Sequence record: SRR22947725_940
DNA length: 39,563 bases
Strand: one strand, 5' to 3'
Shown here: piece after piece, positions 27,547-37,463 of the stretch
How the letters are laid out: the number at the start of each line of letters is the position of its first letter
Numbering within the stretch: position 1 is the stretch's first letter
Program-made: the position numbers and the translations under genes
The notes under the pieces: model-generated
Told to the model about the DNA's origin: nothing
Databases searched by the model: none
What the model saw: the letters and a program-made list of their open reading frames with translations, nothing else

Positions 27547-28419
27547 ATGACCTCACAATCCCGCGTGGATGACGTTTTTGTTGATTCCTTTGGTGTGACC
27601 ATCCACTTCCATCGGTGGTCACCGAAGAAGACACCGGTGGGAATCCTCCAGTTGGCCCATGGGCTTGGTGAACACGCACTGCGATACCAAGCGCTGGTCG
27701 ACTTCTTGGTGGCAGCCGGCTTTGAAGTGTGGGCAAATGAACACCGCGGACACGGTGCCACCGGGGTGGAGCAGTGGTCGGGGGATATGACCAAGATGGG
27801 AAAGCTGGGACCTGGCGGCATGCGAGCAACACTTCGTTCGGTGCGAGATTTCACGAAGCTCATTCGGGCTGAGCGCCCCGGTATTCCGCTCTATTTCCTG
27901 GGCCATAGCTGGGGGTCGCTTATGGGACAGATGATTCTGAATCAGGGTGGCGCTGCGGATTATGAAGGAATGATTCACACGGGCACGGCCTATCGCTGGC
28001 CAGGCTCGATGAATGCTGGTGACTTGAACTCTCGCCACAAACACCTCGGCACCATCGGTGCCGAGTGGCTCTCGAGAGATGTTGCTGTTCATGAGGCATG
28101 GGCGAAAGACCCGATGACTTTTGTTGCCGACACGATGAAACTTTTGGGGCCGATAGACGCGGCGCGTTTGATCGGACAGCCCAAGAAACTGAACGCAGAT
28201 ATACCGACGCTGATCATGATCGGCTCAGATGATTCCGTAGGCGGGGAAAAGAGCGTCAAGAAGCTAGCGGACGCCTACCTCCGTCAGGGGGCCAGTGATG
28301 TTGAAGTCATCATCTATGACGGCGCACGCCACGAAATATTCAACGAAACCAACCAGGCAGAAGTCCGCGGAGACCTTCTGGCCTGGTTGCAAAGCCGGCT
28401 CTCGGGGGCGAGCGCCTAG
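27547..28419 (+). CDS. Alpha/beta hydrolase (lysophospholipase/monoglyceride lipase-like)
   Basis: HGLGEH, HRGHG, GHSWG nucleophile elbow, GSDD, RHEIFNE. Confidence 0.9.
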   Translation: MTSQSRVDDVFVDSFGVTIHFHRWSPKKTPVGILQLAHGLGEHALRYQALVDFLVAAGFEVWANEHRGHGATGVEQWSGDMTKMGKLGPGGMRATLRSVRDFTKLIRAERPGIPLYFLGHSWGSLMGQMILNQGGAADYEGMIHTGTAYRWPGSMNAGDLNSRHKHLGTIGAEWLSRDVAVHEAWAKDPMTFVADTMKLLGPIDAARLIGQPKKLNADIPTLIMIGSDDSVGGEKSVKKLADAYLRQGASDVEVIIYDGARHEIFNETNQAEVRGDLLAWLQSRLSGASA

Positions 28420-28428
28420 GCTTGGAAA

Positions 28429-29478
28429 GTGCACGCAGAATATAAGGTCCCGGGCGGAAAGCTTGTGGTTATCGATCTGGAGGTCGCTAACCAACAGCTT
28501 TCGAATGTCCACCTCGCGGGAGATTTTTTCCTGGAACCCGATGAGGCACTCGAAGACATAAATCGTGGGTTGACGGGGCTCTCTGCCCACGCCTCTGCGG
28601 AAGACATCGCCGCCGCGGTCAGATCCGCGCTGCCCCCAGAAGCTGTGATGATGGGTTTTTCCCCAGAAGCGATCGGGGTTGTGGTGCGCCGAGCACTCAC
28701 GGGTGCGCGAGGGTTCACCGACTACTCGTGGGGCTTTCTTGCTCCCGAAGCGCTCGAGCCGCTGCAGCAGATGGCGATGGATCAGGTGTTAGCCGAAGAA
28801 GTGGGCGCTGGTCGACGCGGTCCGACATTGCGTTTGTGGGAATGGGCGAAACCAGCGGTAGTGATTGGAAGCTTTCAGTCGCTTCGCAATGAAGTCGATG
28901 CCGATAACGCTGCGGCCCACGGGCTGGAAGTGGTCCGACGCGTCAGCGGCGGTGGTGCGATGTTTATGGAACTCGGCACCGCCATCACCCACTCCCTCTA
29001 TGCACCGGCGGAGTTGGTTGCTGGGATGAGCTTTCAGGATTCTTACGCCTTTCTGGATGACTGGGTCATTCAGGCGTTGCGCGGGTTGGGGATTGACGCG
29101 ACCTATAAGCCGCTGAATGACATCACCAGTCCGAGCGGAAAAATTGGTGGTGCGGCGCAGAAACGCCTCGGCAGCGGTTCCCTGTTGCACCACGTCACCA
29201 TGTCCTATGACATGGATGGCGACAAAATGGTCGAGGTGCTGCGGATTGGGCGAGAGAAGATCTCCGATAAGGGTGTTGCTTCGGCCAATAAGCGGGTGGA
29301 TCCCCTCAGAGCCCACACCGGCTTATCGAAAGCAGAAATTGAGGACCACCTCGTCTCCACCTTCCGTTCCCTCTATGGCCTGAGTGAAAGCACCGTCACG
29401 GAAAGCGAACGCGAGCGCGTTTCGCAGCTGGTGGAGGAAAAATTTGCCACACCGGAATGGTTGAACAGGGTTCCGTGA
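28429..29478 (+). CDS. lplA: Lipoate--protein ligase A, circularly permuted (accessory domain N-terminal)
   Basis: N-terminal KVPGGKLV...GDFFLEP accessory domain; catalytic RRVSGGGAM, NDI, KIGGAAQ, HHVT. Confidence 0.9.
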   Translation: MHAEYKVPGGKLVVIDLEVANQQLSNVHLAGDFFLEPDEALEDINRGLTGLSAHASAEDIAAAVRSALPPEAVMMGFSPEAIGVVVRRALTGARGFTDYSWGFLAPEALEPLQQMAMDQVLAEEVGAGRRGPTLRLWEWAKPAVVIGSFQSLRNEVDADNAAAHGLEVVRRVSGGGAMFMELGTAITHSLYAPAELVAGMSFQDSYAFLDDWVIQALRGLGIDATYKPLNDITSPSGKIGGAAQKRLGSGSLLHHVTMSYDMDGDKMVEVLRIGREKISDKGVASANKRVDPLRAHTGLSKAEIEDHLVSTFRSLYGLSESTVTESERERVSQLVEEKFATPEWLNRVP

Positions 29479-30536
29479 GTATCCCTGCCCCCATGAATCG
29501 GCGTATTCGCCTTCGCAGCGTCATCCTGTCCCTGTCGCTTGTAGCGGTCTTGGTGGGTGCGGTGATTGCCTCGGCAGTTATGGGGCAACTGGCCATCACA
29601 CCGGGAGATGTGATCGGCTCCCTTTTGAAATGGATGGGGTTCAACACCTCACTGGCGCCTGCGGACCCCGTTATTGAAGCCACCTTGGAGGTGGTGAGAT
29701 TCCCACGTATCGTGATGGCGCTTGCGGTGGGGGCAGCGCTTGCGGTGGCAGGGGCGCTCATGCAAGCCGTTTTTGGAAACCCCCTTGCAGAACCCGGCGT
29801 CGTGGGAGTGTCCTCCGGTGCAGCACTGGGTGCCTCCACCGCGATTGTCTTTGGAATTTCTGCAACCGGAGGGGGTGTGGCGCTCCTCGCCTTCTTGGGT
29901 GGGCTCGGAGCAACGCTCCTGGTGTATGCGGTCGCGCGAGCGGGCGGCCGAACCGAGGTGGTCACCCTCTTGCTCACAGGTATCGCCATTAATGCTTTTG
30001 CCCAAGCGGGTCTTGCCTTTGTTCTCTTTGTGGCCGACACCGCAAGCCGTGAGCAAATTGTGTTTTGGCAGCTTGGTTCGCTTGCCGGGTCTGTCTGGTC
30101 CGAAGTGGTGATTGTTCTGCCCGTGCTCATCCTTGGCACGGTGTTGGCCGTGTTGATGGCCCACCGGTTGGACTTGTTGGCCCTGGGGGAAAGAAATGCC
30201 CGACATCTCGGTGTCGATGTCGAGCAATTGCGGATCATTGCGATCGTGTTGGTGGCACTCTTGACCGGCGTTGCGGTGGCCTTTGCGGGAATTATCGCCT
30301 TTGTCGGTCTGGTTGTTCCCCACATCATCCGCATGGCACTGGGACCTTCCCACCGGGGACTGTTGATTGCCAGCGCTGTTGGGGGCGGGGCGCTCCTAGC
30401 GATTGCCGATTTGTTGACCAGGACAATTGTTCAGGGTGCTGATTTGCCCATCGGTATGTTGACCGCCCTGGTTGGGGGGCCTTTCTTCTTTGCCCTCCTC
30501 TATCAACAGCGCCGCCGCAGCGGAGGGTGGGCCTAA
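29475..30536 (+). CDS. FecCD-family (heme/siderophore/cobalamin) ABC permease, HmuU-like
   Basis: RFPRIVMA, NPLAEPGVVGVSSGA, FWQLGSL, IAFVGLVVPH, LPIG; GTG overlaps the lplA stop. Confidence 0.9.
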   Translation: MSIPAPMNRRIRLRSVILSLSLVAVLVGAVIASAVMGQLAITPGDVIGSLLKWMGFNTSLAPADPVIEATLEVVRFPRIVMALAVGAALAVAGALMQAVFGNPLAEPGVVGVSSGAALGASTAIVFGISATGGGVALLAFLGGLGATLLVYAVARAGGRTEVVTLLLTGIAINAFAQAGLAFVLFVADTASREQIVFWQLGSLAGSVWSEVVIVLPVLILGTVLAVLMAHRLDLLALGERNARHLGVDVEQLRIIAIVLVALLTGVAVAFAGIIAFVGLVVPHIIRMALGPSHRGLLIASAVGGGALLAIADLLTRTIVQGADLPIGMLTALVGGPFFFALLYQQRRRSGGWA

Positions 30537-30538
30537 GG

Positions 30539-31315
30539 ATGAATGCGTCACCCATGATTGATGTGCAATCTGTTGGCCTTGTTCTTGATGGCAGAGCCAT
30601 CATCAAGAACGTGTCCCTCCAGGTTTTCCCCGGTGAAGTGCTTGCCCTGGTGGGTCCCAATGGGGCGGGGAAGTCCTCTCTGCTCTCGATCATGGCCGGC
30701 GACACCCCCGCCACATCGGGGACCGCTCTGCTTTCTGGTTCTGATGTTACGAAGTATCGACCAGATCAGGCAGCGCGCTTGCGCGCGGTGTTGATGCAAT
30801 CAAACCAAGTGTCCTTCCCCTTCACGGTGTGGGAAATTGTAGAAATGGGTCGGGCCCCCTGGTCGAGAACGATTAGCCGCGGGGAGGACAACGAAGCGAT
30901 AGCTGACGCTCTTGGACGGGCAGATGTGGAATCGCTGACCGAGCGAAGGTTCAACCAGCTTTCTGGCGGAGAACGCGCCCGGGTCTCGCTCGCCCGCGTG
31001 CTCGCCCAGCGCACCCCCGTGGTGTTGCTGGATGAACCAACAGCAGCGTTGGATTTGAAGCATCAAGAAAGTGTGATGACCACGGTGAGGGATATCGCCA
31101 ACCAGGGTCGCGCCGTGGTGGTGGTGGTTCACGATTTGTCCGTGGCCGCGGGATACGCCGATCGTGTCGCCATGCTCGATAGTGGGAGATTGGAAGCAAT
31201 CGGCGGTCCGCGTGAAGTGATTGTCTCGGAGAGAGTGTCGAGAATCTATGGGCTCGAGGTCGATATTGATGTTGCGGGGAATCCACCTCGGCCCATTGTT
31301 TTGCCCAGGCGTTAG
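30539..31315 (+). CDS. Heme/siderophore ABC transporter ATPase, HmuV-like
   Basis: GPNGAGKS, LSGGERARV, LLDEPTAALD, VHDL. Confidence 0.9.
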   Translation: MNASPMIDVQSVGLVLDGRAIIKNVSLQVFPGEVLALVGPNGAGKSSLLSIMAGDTPATSGTALLSGSDVTKYRPDQAARLRAVLMQSNQVSFPFTVWEIVEMGRAPWSRTISRGEDNEAIADALGRADVESLTERRFNQLSGGERARVSLARVLAQRTPVVLLDEPTAALDLKHQESVMTTVRDIANQGRAVVVVVHDLSVAAGYADRVAMLDSGRLEAIGGPREVIVSERVSRIYGLEVDIDVAGNPPRPIVLPRR

Positions 31316-31587
31316 ACGAGCAAGTCCTCAAACTCGCGGTTCTTCATCATGTATTTGGCGATGTAGGGGCACACCGGAACCACGCTGAGCCCTCCTTCAT
31401 CCTTGATGGCCTCGAGTGAACCCTTGACCAGGGGTATCCCTAGGCCCTGACCGCGTTTCGCTGCGGGAACCTCTGCGCGGACGAGGTGCAGCGTGTCGCC
31501 TTGGCGGTCATATTCGACTTCACCGAGGAATTCGCCATCCTCGCTCAAGACGTATCTGTGCTGATCTGGTTCGTGGGTGATATCCAT
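31312..31587 (-). CDS. Minimal GNAT acetyltransferase (YjdJ-like)
   Basis: RGQGLG acetyl-CoA loop, VVPVCPYI motif, 91 aa. Confidence 0.88.
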   Translation of the reverse strand: MDITHEPDQHRYVLSEDGEFLGEVEYDRQGDTLHLVRAEVPAAKRGQGLGIPLVKGSLEAIKDEGGLSVVPVCPYIAKYMMKNREFEDLLV

Positions 31588-31596
31588 AGAGCCAGA

Positions 31597-32781
31597 TTAT
31601 GCCGAATGCGCTTTCAGCGCTTCAGCCATCGCGAGGATGATTTTTTCGAGAATGTGGCCAGGTGTTGCCAGCATCAACCGGAGATGACCCACGCCCGCTT
31701 CGCCACACAGCGCCCCATCGGTCAAGCCAACCTGGGCTTCATCGGCAAAAAATTGTGCCCACGATCGATCCCCCTTGATATCGGGCAAACTGTTGGCATC
31801 CAGCCAGGCAATGTAGGTGCCCTCGGGCGGGGTGTAACCCATGGCGGGGATGTGGGTGGCCAAAAGCTCACCCAGAAGTGTTCTGTTGGTGTCGAGATAG
31901 CCCAGAACATCGTCAAGCCAGGGGCCACCGGCGCGGTAGGCCACGGTGTTTGCCATCACACCCGGCGTTGCGGTGCCATGGGAGACCATGAACGCCACCT
32001 CGTGCAGAGATTCTTGGTGGGCAGCACTGGACACAATGAGTTGTGCACATTTCAGGCCCGGAATATTGAAGGCTTTCGAAGCAGAAGTCGCCGTCAGGGT
32101 GTGATTCGCGGTGGCCTCGGATAAGGATGCGTAGGGGATGTGGTGGTGGCCTTCAAAAGTGAGCGGTGCGTGAAGTTCATCAGAGAACACCAGTCCGCCG
32201 TGGGCCTCCACCACGACAGCCAAGGCTTCGAGCTCTTCTTGTGAATACACCCGACCCAGTGGGTTGTGGGGGTTGCAGAGAATAAATACTTCGGCCCCTG
32301 CTTCAAAAGCGCGCCCAATTGCTTCGAGATCCATCTCCGCGCGACCAGAAGGACCAGCAATCATTGGAACCTGAATAGCCTCATGTCCCCTGGCAGGCGC
32401 AATCGTCAGAAAGGGCATATACGCCGGGGTGGGAAGAATGACCGGGGATCCGGGTGTGGAAAAATGCTCCAGCACGAGGTCGAAAGCACTCAACACATCA
32501 GCGGTGGGATAAATCTGCTCAGCAGGGATGGCCCAGCCGTAGTGCGAGGACAGGTAATCACTGGTGGCCTCAGCCATGTCGCTCTTCACCCCGGGAGGTA
32601 AATAGCCCATCTGTGCTTTATCAATGGCGGCGTGGAGCGCCTCGGTGATGACCGGGGCCGTACCAAAATCCATTTCTGCCACAAATGCGGACAAATGCCC
32701 GGGATTCCTGGTCCATTTCATACTTCCCTGGGCAACCAGGTCCGAAACGGTGATGTCATCAAAGCGGTGGTGCGAGGCCAT
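31597..32781 (-). CDS. MalY/PatB family PLP-dependent C-S lyase (cystathionine beta-lyase-like)
   Basis: SMKW, VAEMDF, LCNPHNPLG, SDELH, SASKAFN (PLP Lys), GTYIAWLD; start placed at ATG 32781. Confidence 0.9.
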   Translation of the reverse strand: MASHHRFDDITVSDLVAQGSMKWTRNPGHLSAFVAEMDFGTAPVITEALHAAIDKAQMGYLPPGVKSDMAEATSDYLSSHYGWAIPAEQIYPTADVLSAFDLVLEHFSTPGSPVILPTPAYMPFLTIAPARGHEAIQVPMIAGPSGRAEMDLEAIGRAFEAGAEVFILCNPHNPLGRVYSQEELEALAVVVEAHGGLVFSDELHAPLTFEGHHHIPYASLSEATANHTLTATSASKAFNIPGLKCAQLIVSSAAHQESLHEVAFMVSHGTATPGVMANTVAYRAGGPWLDDVLGYLDTNRTLLGELLATHIPAMGYTPPEGTYIAWLDANSLPDIKGDRSWAQFFADEAQVGLTDGALCGEAGVGHLRLMLATPGHILEKIILAMAEALKAHSA

Positions 32782-32849
32782 GGGGTCCTTCCATCGCGTC
32801 CCAGTCTGCCACCACCCAAGGGGGGACAAGGCTTCACTAGACTTTGGGA

Positions 32850-33785
32850 ATGTCCGAGCCCCTTCGCTACAGCTACCTAGGTCCTGCAGGGACCTTCACC
32901 TGGGAAGCACTGAAACAAGTCGCCGGTGCCGAAAAGGGTGAATGGGTCAGCGTCAACAATGTCGGTGAAGCCCTCGATGATGTCCTGCACGGCCGCAGTA
33001 CCTACGCGATGATCGCCATCGAAAACAGCATTGAAGGTGGCGTTAGTGCAACCCAGGATGCCCTGGCCTTAGCGCCCGAACTCCGCATGGTCGGGGAATA
33101 TATGGTCCCGGTGCGGTTTGTCCTCGCCACCACGCCCGGTGTTTCCCTCGACACGGTAACGACTGTTGCCGCCCACCAGGTTGCCTATGCGCAATGCCGG
33201 GGATGGTTGGAAAAGAACCTGCCCCGCCATAGTCATGTCCCCGCTGCCTCCAATGTTCAAGCAGCACTCTCTGTGACGGACGGGGATCTCGCCGATGCGG
33301 CGATTGCTCCCCCAGGAATTACCGAGCAAGCAGATGTTTCGATCCTCGCGGAAAATATCGGGGATAACCCCGATGCTCACACCCGCTTCGTTTTGGTGCG
33401 AAAAGGCGGGGCACCCCCACAGCGCACGGGGGCGGACAAGACCAGCATCATTGCTGAGCTTCCCGATGATGAAGCGGGGCGCTTGTTGGAAATGCTGGAG
33501 CAGTTCGCCACGCGTGGCGTGAACATGAGTTTGTTGGAATCCCGGCCCATTGGAGATTCGATGGGCCGCTACCGATTTGTGATTGATCTGGATGGACACA
33601 TCGAGGACGAACGGGTGGCTGATGCCTTGATGGGGTTGCGCCGCTTCAGCCCCAATGTGATCTTCTTGGGTTCCTACCCCAGAGCAAACGGCCATGTCCC
33701 GAGCGTCTCAACCAAGAACAGCGACGAAGCGTTTGAGGAAGCTCGCCACTGGATTGCGCGTCTGCGCCAGGGTCAAGCGGAGTGA
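32850..33785 (+). CDS. pheA: Prephenate dehydratase
   Basis: YLGPAGTF, ENSIEG, TRF, ESRP in the ACT domain, FLGSYP. Confidence 0.96.
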   Translation: MSEPLRYSYLGPAGTFTWEALKQVAGAEKGEWVSVNNVGEALDDVLHGRSTYAMIAIENSIEGGVSATQDALALAPELRMVGEYMVPVRFVLATTPGVSLDTVTTVAAHQVAYAQCRGWLEKNLPRHSHVPAASNVQAALSVTDGDLADAAIAPPGITEQADVSILAENIGDNPDAHTRFVLVRKGGAPPQRTGADKTSIIAELPDDEAGRLLEMLEQFATRGVNMSLLESRPIGDSMGRYRFVIDLDGHIEDERVADALMGLRRFSPNVIFLGSYPRANGHVPSVSTKNSDEAFEEARHWIARLRQGQAE

Positions 33786-33803
33786 GCGTGACAGACTAGA
33801 GGG

Positions 33804-35069
33804 GTGATTGACCTCTCTCTTCTGCGCGAAAACCCCGAGCTTCTGCGCCAGTCCCTCCGTCAGCGCGGTGGCGAGGAAAGCCTGGTTGACGTTGCCATCG
33901 CTGCTGATCAGCACCGCCGTGAGGCGATTGCGCAGTTTGAATCACTTCGGGCTTCCCAAAACACTTTTGGCAAAGAGGTGGCGAAAGCCTCGGGGGATGA
34001 AAAACAACGACTCCTCGCTGAGGTGAAAGAGCTGTCTCAGAAGGTGAAAGAGGCCAGTGCTTTGGCCTCGGCGGCAGAAGAGCAGGCCGCCACAGCACTC
34101 GGCGCCCTACCCAACGTAGTTTTGGAGGGAGTGCCCTCCGGTGGGGAAGAAAACTTCGTCACGCTGCGAGAGGTGGGAACCCCGCCCACGTTTGATGGTC
34201 ACCCCCAAGACCACCTCGATCTGGGCGAGAGCCTCGACATTATCGACATGGAACGCGGCGTGAAGGTGTCAGGCTCGCGCTTTTACTTTCTCAAAGGCGC
34301 TGGTGCACTACTCGAGCTGGGATTGATGCAGCTGGGCCTGAAACTAGCGGTAGAAAATGGATTTATCCCGCTGATTCCTCCCACCTTGGTAAAGCCAGAG
34401 GTGATGAAAGGCACAGGGTTCCTTGGCGAGCACGCCGATGAGGTCTATCACCTGGGTGAGGATGACCTGTATCTGACCGGAACAAGTGAAGTCGCGCTTG
34501 CCGGTTATCACAGTGACGAAATTATTGACCTAGAAAAGGGGCCGCTTCGCTATGTCGGGCTTTCCACCTGTTATCGCAGGGAAGCAGGGTCCTATGGGAA
34601 AGACACCAAAGGCATCATTCGGGTCCACCAGTTCCAAAAGCTCGAAATGTTTACCTACATCGAACCAGCTGATGCAGAAGCGGAACACCTTCGAATGCTG
34701 GGGTGGCAGGAACAGATGTTGCAGGCGTTGGGTTTGCCCTACCGGGTCATTGATGTTGCCGCCGGCGATCTTGGCTCAAGTGCTGCCAGGAAATACGACA
34801 TTGAAGCGTGGATTCCCAGCCAGGGCGCCTACCGGGAGCTCACCTCCACCTCAAATTGCACCAGCTTCCAGTCCCGCAGGCTCAATGTGCGCTACCGCCC
34901 AGAGGCAGACGCTCCCACGCAGCCTGTGGCAACGCTGAACGGCACATTAGCCACCACAAGGTGGCTCGTGGCTATTCTTGAGAACCATCAGCAGCCCGAT
35001 GGCTCGGTCATCATTCCTGAAGCGCTCCACCCCTATATGGCGGGCATGACCACTCTCAGCCCCGCCTAA
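33804..35069 (+). CDS. serS: Seryl-tRNA synthetase
   Basis: MID...RENP, coiled-coil arm, [40 protein letters not shown]. Confidence 0.97.
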   Translation: MIDLSLLRENPELLRQSLRQRGGEESLVDVAIAADQHRREAIAQFESLRASQNTFGKEVAKASGDEKQRLLAEVKELSQKVKEASALASAAEEQAATALGALPNVVLEGVPSGGEENFVTLREVGTPPTFDGHPQDHLDLGESLDIIDMERGVKVSGSRFYFLKGAGALLELGLMQLGLKLAVENGFIPLIPPTLVKPEVMKGTGFLGEHADEVYHLGEDDLYLTGTSEVALAGYHSDEIIDLEKGPLRYVGLSTCYRREAGSYGKDTKGIIRVHQFQKLEMFTYIEPADAEAEHLRMLGWQEQMLQALGLPYRVIDVAAGDLGSSAARKYDIEAWIPSQGAYRELTSTSNCTSFQSRRLNVRYRPEADAPTQPVATLNGTLATTRWLVAILENHQQPDGSVIIPEALHPYMAGMTTLSPA

Positions 35070-35095
35070 TTGCTGGCTGGTAGACATAGGGCATT

Positions 35096-35917
35096 ATGAC
35101 TTTTTCCCCGTGGCTTGTTGCTTTGGATATCGATGGCACCATCTTGCACGAAGATGGCACTCTGGCTCCAGCGATTATCGACGCCGTCCGCTCTGCGCGC
35201 GACAACGGCCACGAAGTAACGTTGGCCACCGGCCGTTCCGTGTCGATGACTATTCCCATTTTGGACCGGTTGGACATCACACCTGAGTACGTGGTCTGCT
35301 CTAACGGCGCCATCACCCTCAAACGCGACACCACGGCCCCCTCGGGGTATCGCAAGTGCCATGTGGAGCATTTCGACCCCACGCCAGTGCTGACCAGAAT
35401 TAAGGAACGACTTCCCGAAGCTCACTATGCCGTGGAAGACGAAGCCGGTCTCTACCGCTACACCGACTGGTTCCCAGAAGGTGCACTGGATGCACTCAGT
35501 GAACAAGTCACCTTTGAAGAGCTTCTCACCACCGTCGCCACCCGCGTTGTCGTCATCGCCCCGGGGCATGAAATCGATGATTTTCTCGCCCGCGTCGAAG
35601 ACATGGGGCTTCACCAGGTGAGTTACACCGTCGGTTGGACCGCATGGCTGGATATCGCCCCGGAAGGTGTCAACAAATCCACTGCACTCGAGCGGGTTCG
35701 GGGACTTCTGGGCTTTGACCTAGACCGCGTCATGGCCGTCGGGGATGGACGAAACGACATCGAAATGTTGCAGTGGGCAGCCCAGCAGGGCAGGGCCGTT
35801 GGCATGGGTCAAGCGCCGGAAGAAGTACTGATTCACTCGACCGAAACGGTTGGAGACTTTAGGGCTGATGGCGTTGCCCAGGCGCTTGCAGGTTTGCCAA
35901 GCCCCGTCAAAAGCTAG
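35096..35917 (+). CDS. Cof-type HAD-IIB hydrolase
   Basis: DIDGT, ATGR, SNGA, GVNK, GDGRND. Confidence 0.92.
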   Translation: MTFSPWLVALDIDGTILHEDGTLAPAIIDAVRSARDNGHEVTLATGRSVSMTIPILDRLDITPEYVVCSNGAITLKRDTTAPSGYRKCHVEHFDPTPVLTRIKERLPEAHYAVEDEAGLYRYTDWFPEGALDALSEQVTFEELLTTVATRVVVIAPGHEIDDFLARVEDMGLHQVSYTVGWTAWLDIAPEGVNKSTALERVRGLLGFDLDRVMAVGDGRNDIEMLQWAAQQGRAVGMGQAPEEVLIHSTETVGDFRADGVAQALAGLPSPVKS

Positions 35918-35936
35918 GTGCCCTAGAATCTTCTGC

Positions 35937-36024
35937 GGAGGGCTGTCCGAGCGGCCGATGGAGCTAGTCTTGAAAACTAGTGGGCAGAAATGTCTCGCGG
36001 GTTCGAATCCCGCGCCCTCCGCCA
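35937..36024 (+). tRNA. tRNA-Ser (anticodon TGA), CCA encoded
   Basis: Acceptor GGAGGGC/GCCCTCC plus G plus CCA; anticodon arm CTAGT-CTTGAAA-ACTAG; long variable arm; T arm GCGGG-TTCGAAT-CCCGC. Confidence 0.97.
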
Positions 36025-36054
36025 ATTTTTCGGGCGAATTAAGGGGGTATATGC

Positions 36055-37272
36055 GTGGCCAATAAAGCCAAACCTTCTGCTCCCGACCTCTTTGAGGCCA
36101 GTGAGGACTTGCCCCGGCCACTCCATGCCCGCCGCAAGCGTTTAGGCGGTTGGAAGCTGGTTGCAACGCTCTCATCGGGGCTAGTCGGAGTACTCGTTCT
36201 TAGCGTCGGTCTCGTTCTCGGCCTAACGGTTCAAAACCTGCAGTCCAGTCTTGTTACGGTCGAATTACCCAATTCCCCAGAGCCGATTTTGCCCAGCATC
36301 GGGGAGATCGATGGCGGGTTCAACGTGTTGGTTGTCGGGTCTGACACCCGTGCTGGTCAGGGAGAAGGTTTTGAGTTCGTTGATACCGAACTCAATGACG
36401 TGAACCTTCTGGTCCATGTGTCTGAAAACCACGATCACGCGGTTGTGGTGAGTTTCCCCAGGGATTTGCTCCTGGATATTCCCGCATGTCCCAAGGCGGA
36501 TGGCACGGAGTCGAAACCTCGGAAGATGGAAGCGCTGAATACCACCATGGGCATCGGCGGTTTGCCCTGTGTGGCGCTGACGATTGCGCAGCTGACCGGT
36601 CTTGACATTGGGTATGCGGGATTGATGACCTTTGCTGGTGTTGCACAACTCTCCACCGCGGTTGGCGGCGTGGAGATTTGTGTGGACGCTCCGTTGGTTG
36701 ATCCCTGGTCAGGAATTGACCTCCCAGAAGCGGGGTATCACACGTTGGAGGGCTATCAAGCTTTGGCGTTCCTTCGCACCCGGAAGGGAGTGGGTGATGG
36801 CTCAGATTTATCCAGAATTTCTTCGCAACAGGTCTATATGTCAGCACTTGTTCGCACTCTTCAAGCCGATGGTGTGTTGAATGATGTGACCAAGCTTTAT
36901 GGGTTGGCTCAAGTTGCTGCGAACACGATGGTTTTGTCGACAAGCCTGGGAAGTTTAGACGTGATGGTCGCCATGGCGAGAGCGCTCCGGGGAATTCCGA
37001 ATGACAACATCGTGTTTATTCAGTACCCGGTGCTTGACGCCGATCCTGAGCTTTATCCAGGACGCGTGATCCCCAACGAAGCCCTAGCAAAAACCGTAGC
37101 CGAGCGCCTTCAGTCCGACGAGGCTTTCAGCTTATCTGCCGGCTCCGAAGGGTTTGGTTCAACTTCAGCGAATCCGGATTCTGCGACGGGCAGTGACTCG
37201 CCAGAAAGCGACGTTTTCGAGGGACTTGTGGGGCAAACTGCGGGGGATGAAACCTGCACGGTAGCCCGCTGA
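36055..37272 (+). CDS. LCP (LytR-CpsA-Psr) family cell-wall glycopolymer transferase
   Basis: Single N-terminal TM helix, NVLVVGSDTR, SFPRDL, AFLRTR, GDGSDLSRISSQQ. Confidence 0.92.
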   Translation: MANKAKPSAPDLFEASEDLPRPLHARRKRLGGWKLVATLSSGLVGVLVLSVGLVLGLTVQNLQSSLVTVELPNSPEPILPSIGEIDGGFNVLVVGSDTRAGQGEGFEFVDTELNDVNLLVHVSENHDHAVVVSFPRDLLLDIPACPKADGTESKPRKMEALNTTMGIGGLPCVALTIAQLTGLDIGYAGLMTFAGVAQLSTAVGGVEICVDAPLVDPWSGIDLPEAGYHTLEGYQALAFLRTRKGVGDGSDLSRISSQQVYMSALVRTLQADGVLNDVTKLYGLAQVAANTMVLSTSLGSLDVMVAMARALRGIPNDNIVFIQYPVLDADPELYPGRVIPNEALAKTVAERLQSDEAFSLSAGSEGFGSTSANPDSATGSDSPESDVFEGLVGQTAGDETCTVAR

Positions 37273-37322
37273 GGACCGGGGTCGGTATAGTTGGGCTCGA
37301 AGTGTTGCTAGTCCTCATTTCA

Positions 37323-37411
37323 GGAGACGTCGCATAGTCCGGCCGAGTGCACCACCCTGCTAAGGTGGAGTTCCCTCTGGGGAACCGAGGGTTCAAATCC
37401 CTCCGTCTCCG
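37323..37411 (+). tRNA. tRNA-Ser (anticodon GCT)
   Basis: Acceptor GGAGACG/CGTCTCC plus G; anticodon arm CCACC-CTGCTAA-GGTGG; variable arm GTTCCC-TCTG-GGGAAC; T arm GAGGG-TTCAAAT-CCCTC; CCA not encoded. Confidence 0.97.
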
Positions 37412-37425
37412 CGTTTAGACAAGCC

Positions 37426-37455
37426 CCTAAATTCCAGTGAATACCTACATTTAGG
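37426..37455. repeat. Inverted repeat between tRNA-Ser(GCT) and the integrase 3' end (possible terminator)
   Basis: CCTAAAT (37426-32) / ATTTAGG (37449-55). Confidence 0.4.
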
Positions 37456-37463
37456 CCTTCGGT

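Noticed and set aside
28429..28700. N-terminal extra domain on lipoate ligase as a novel fusion
   Set aside because: Circularly permuted LplA is already described in Actinobacteria (Streptomyces coelicolor)
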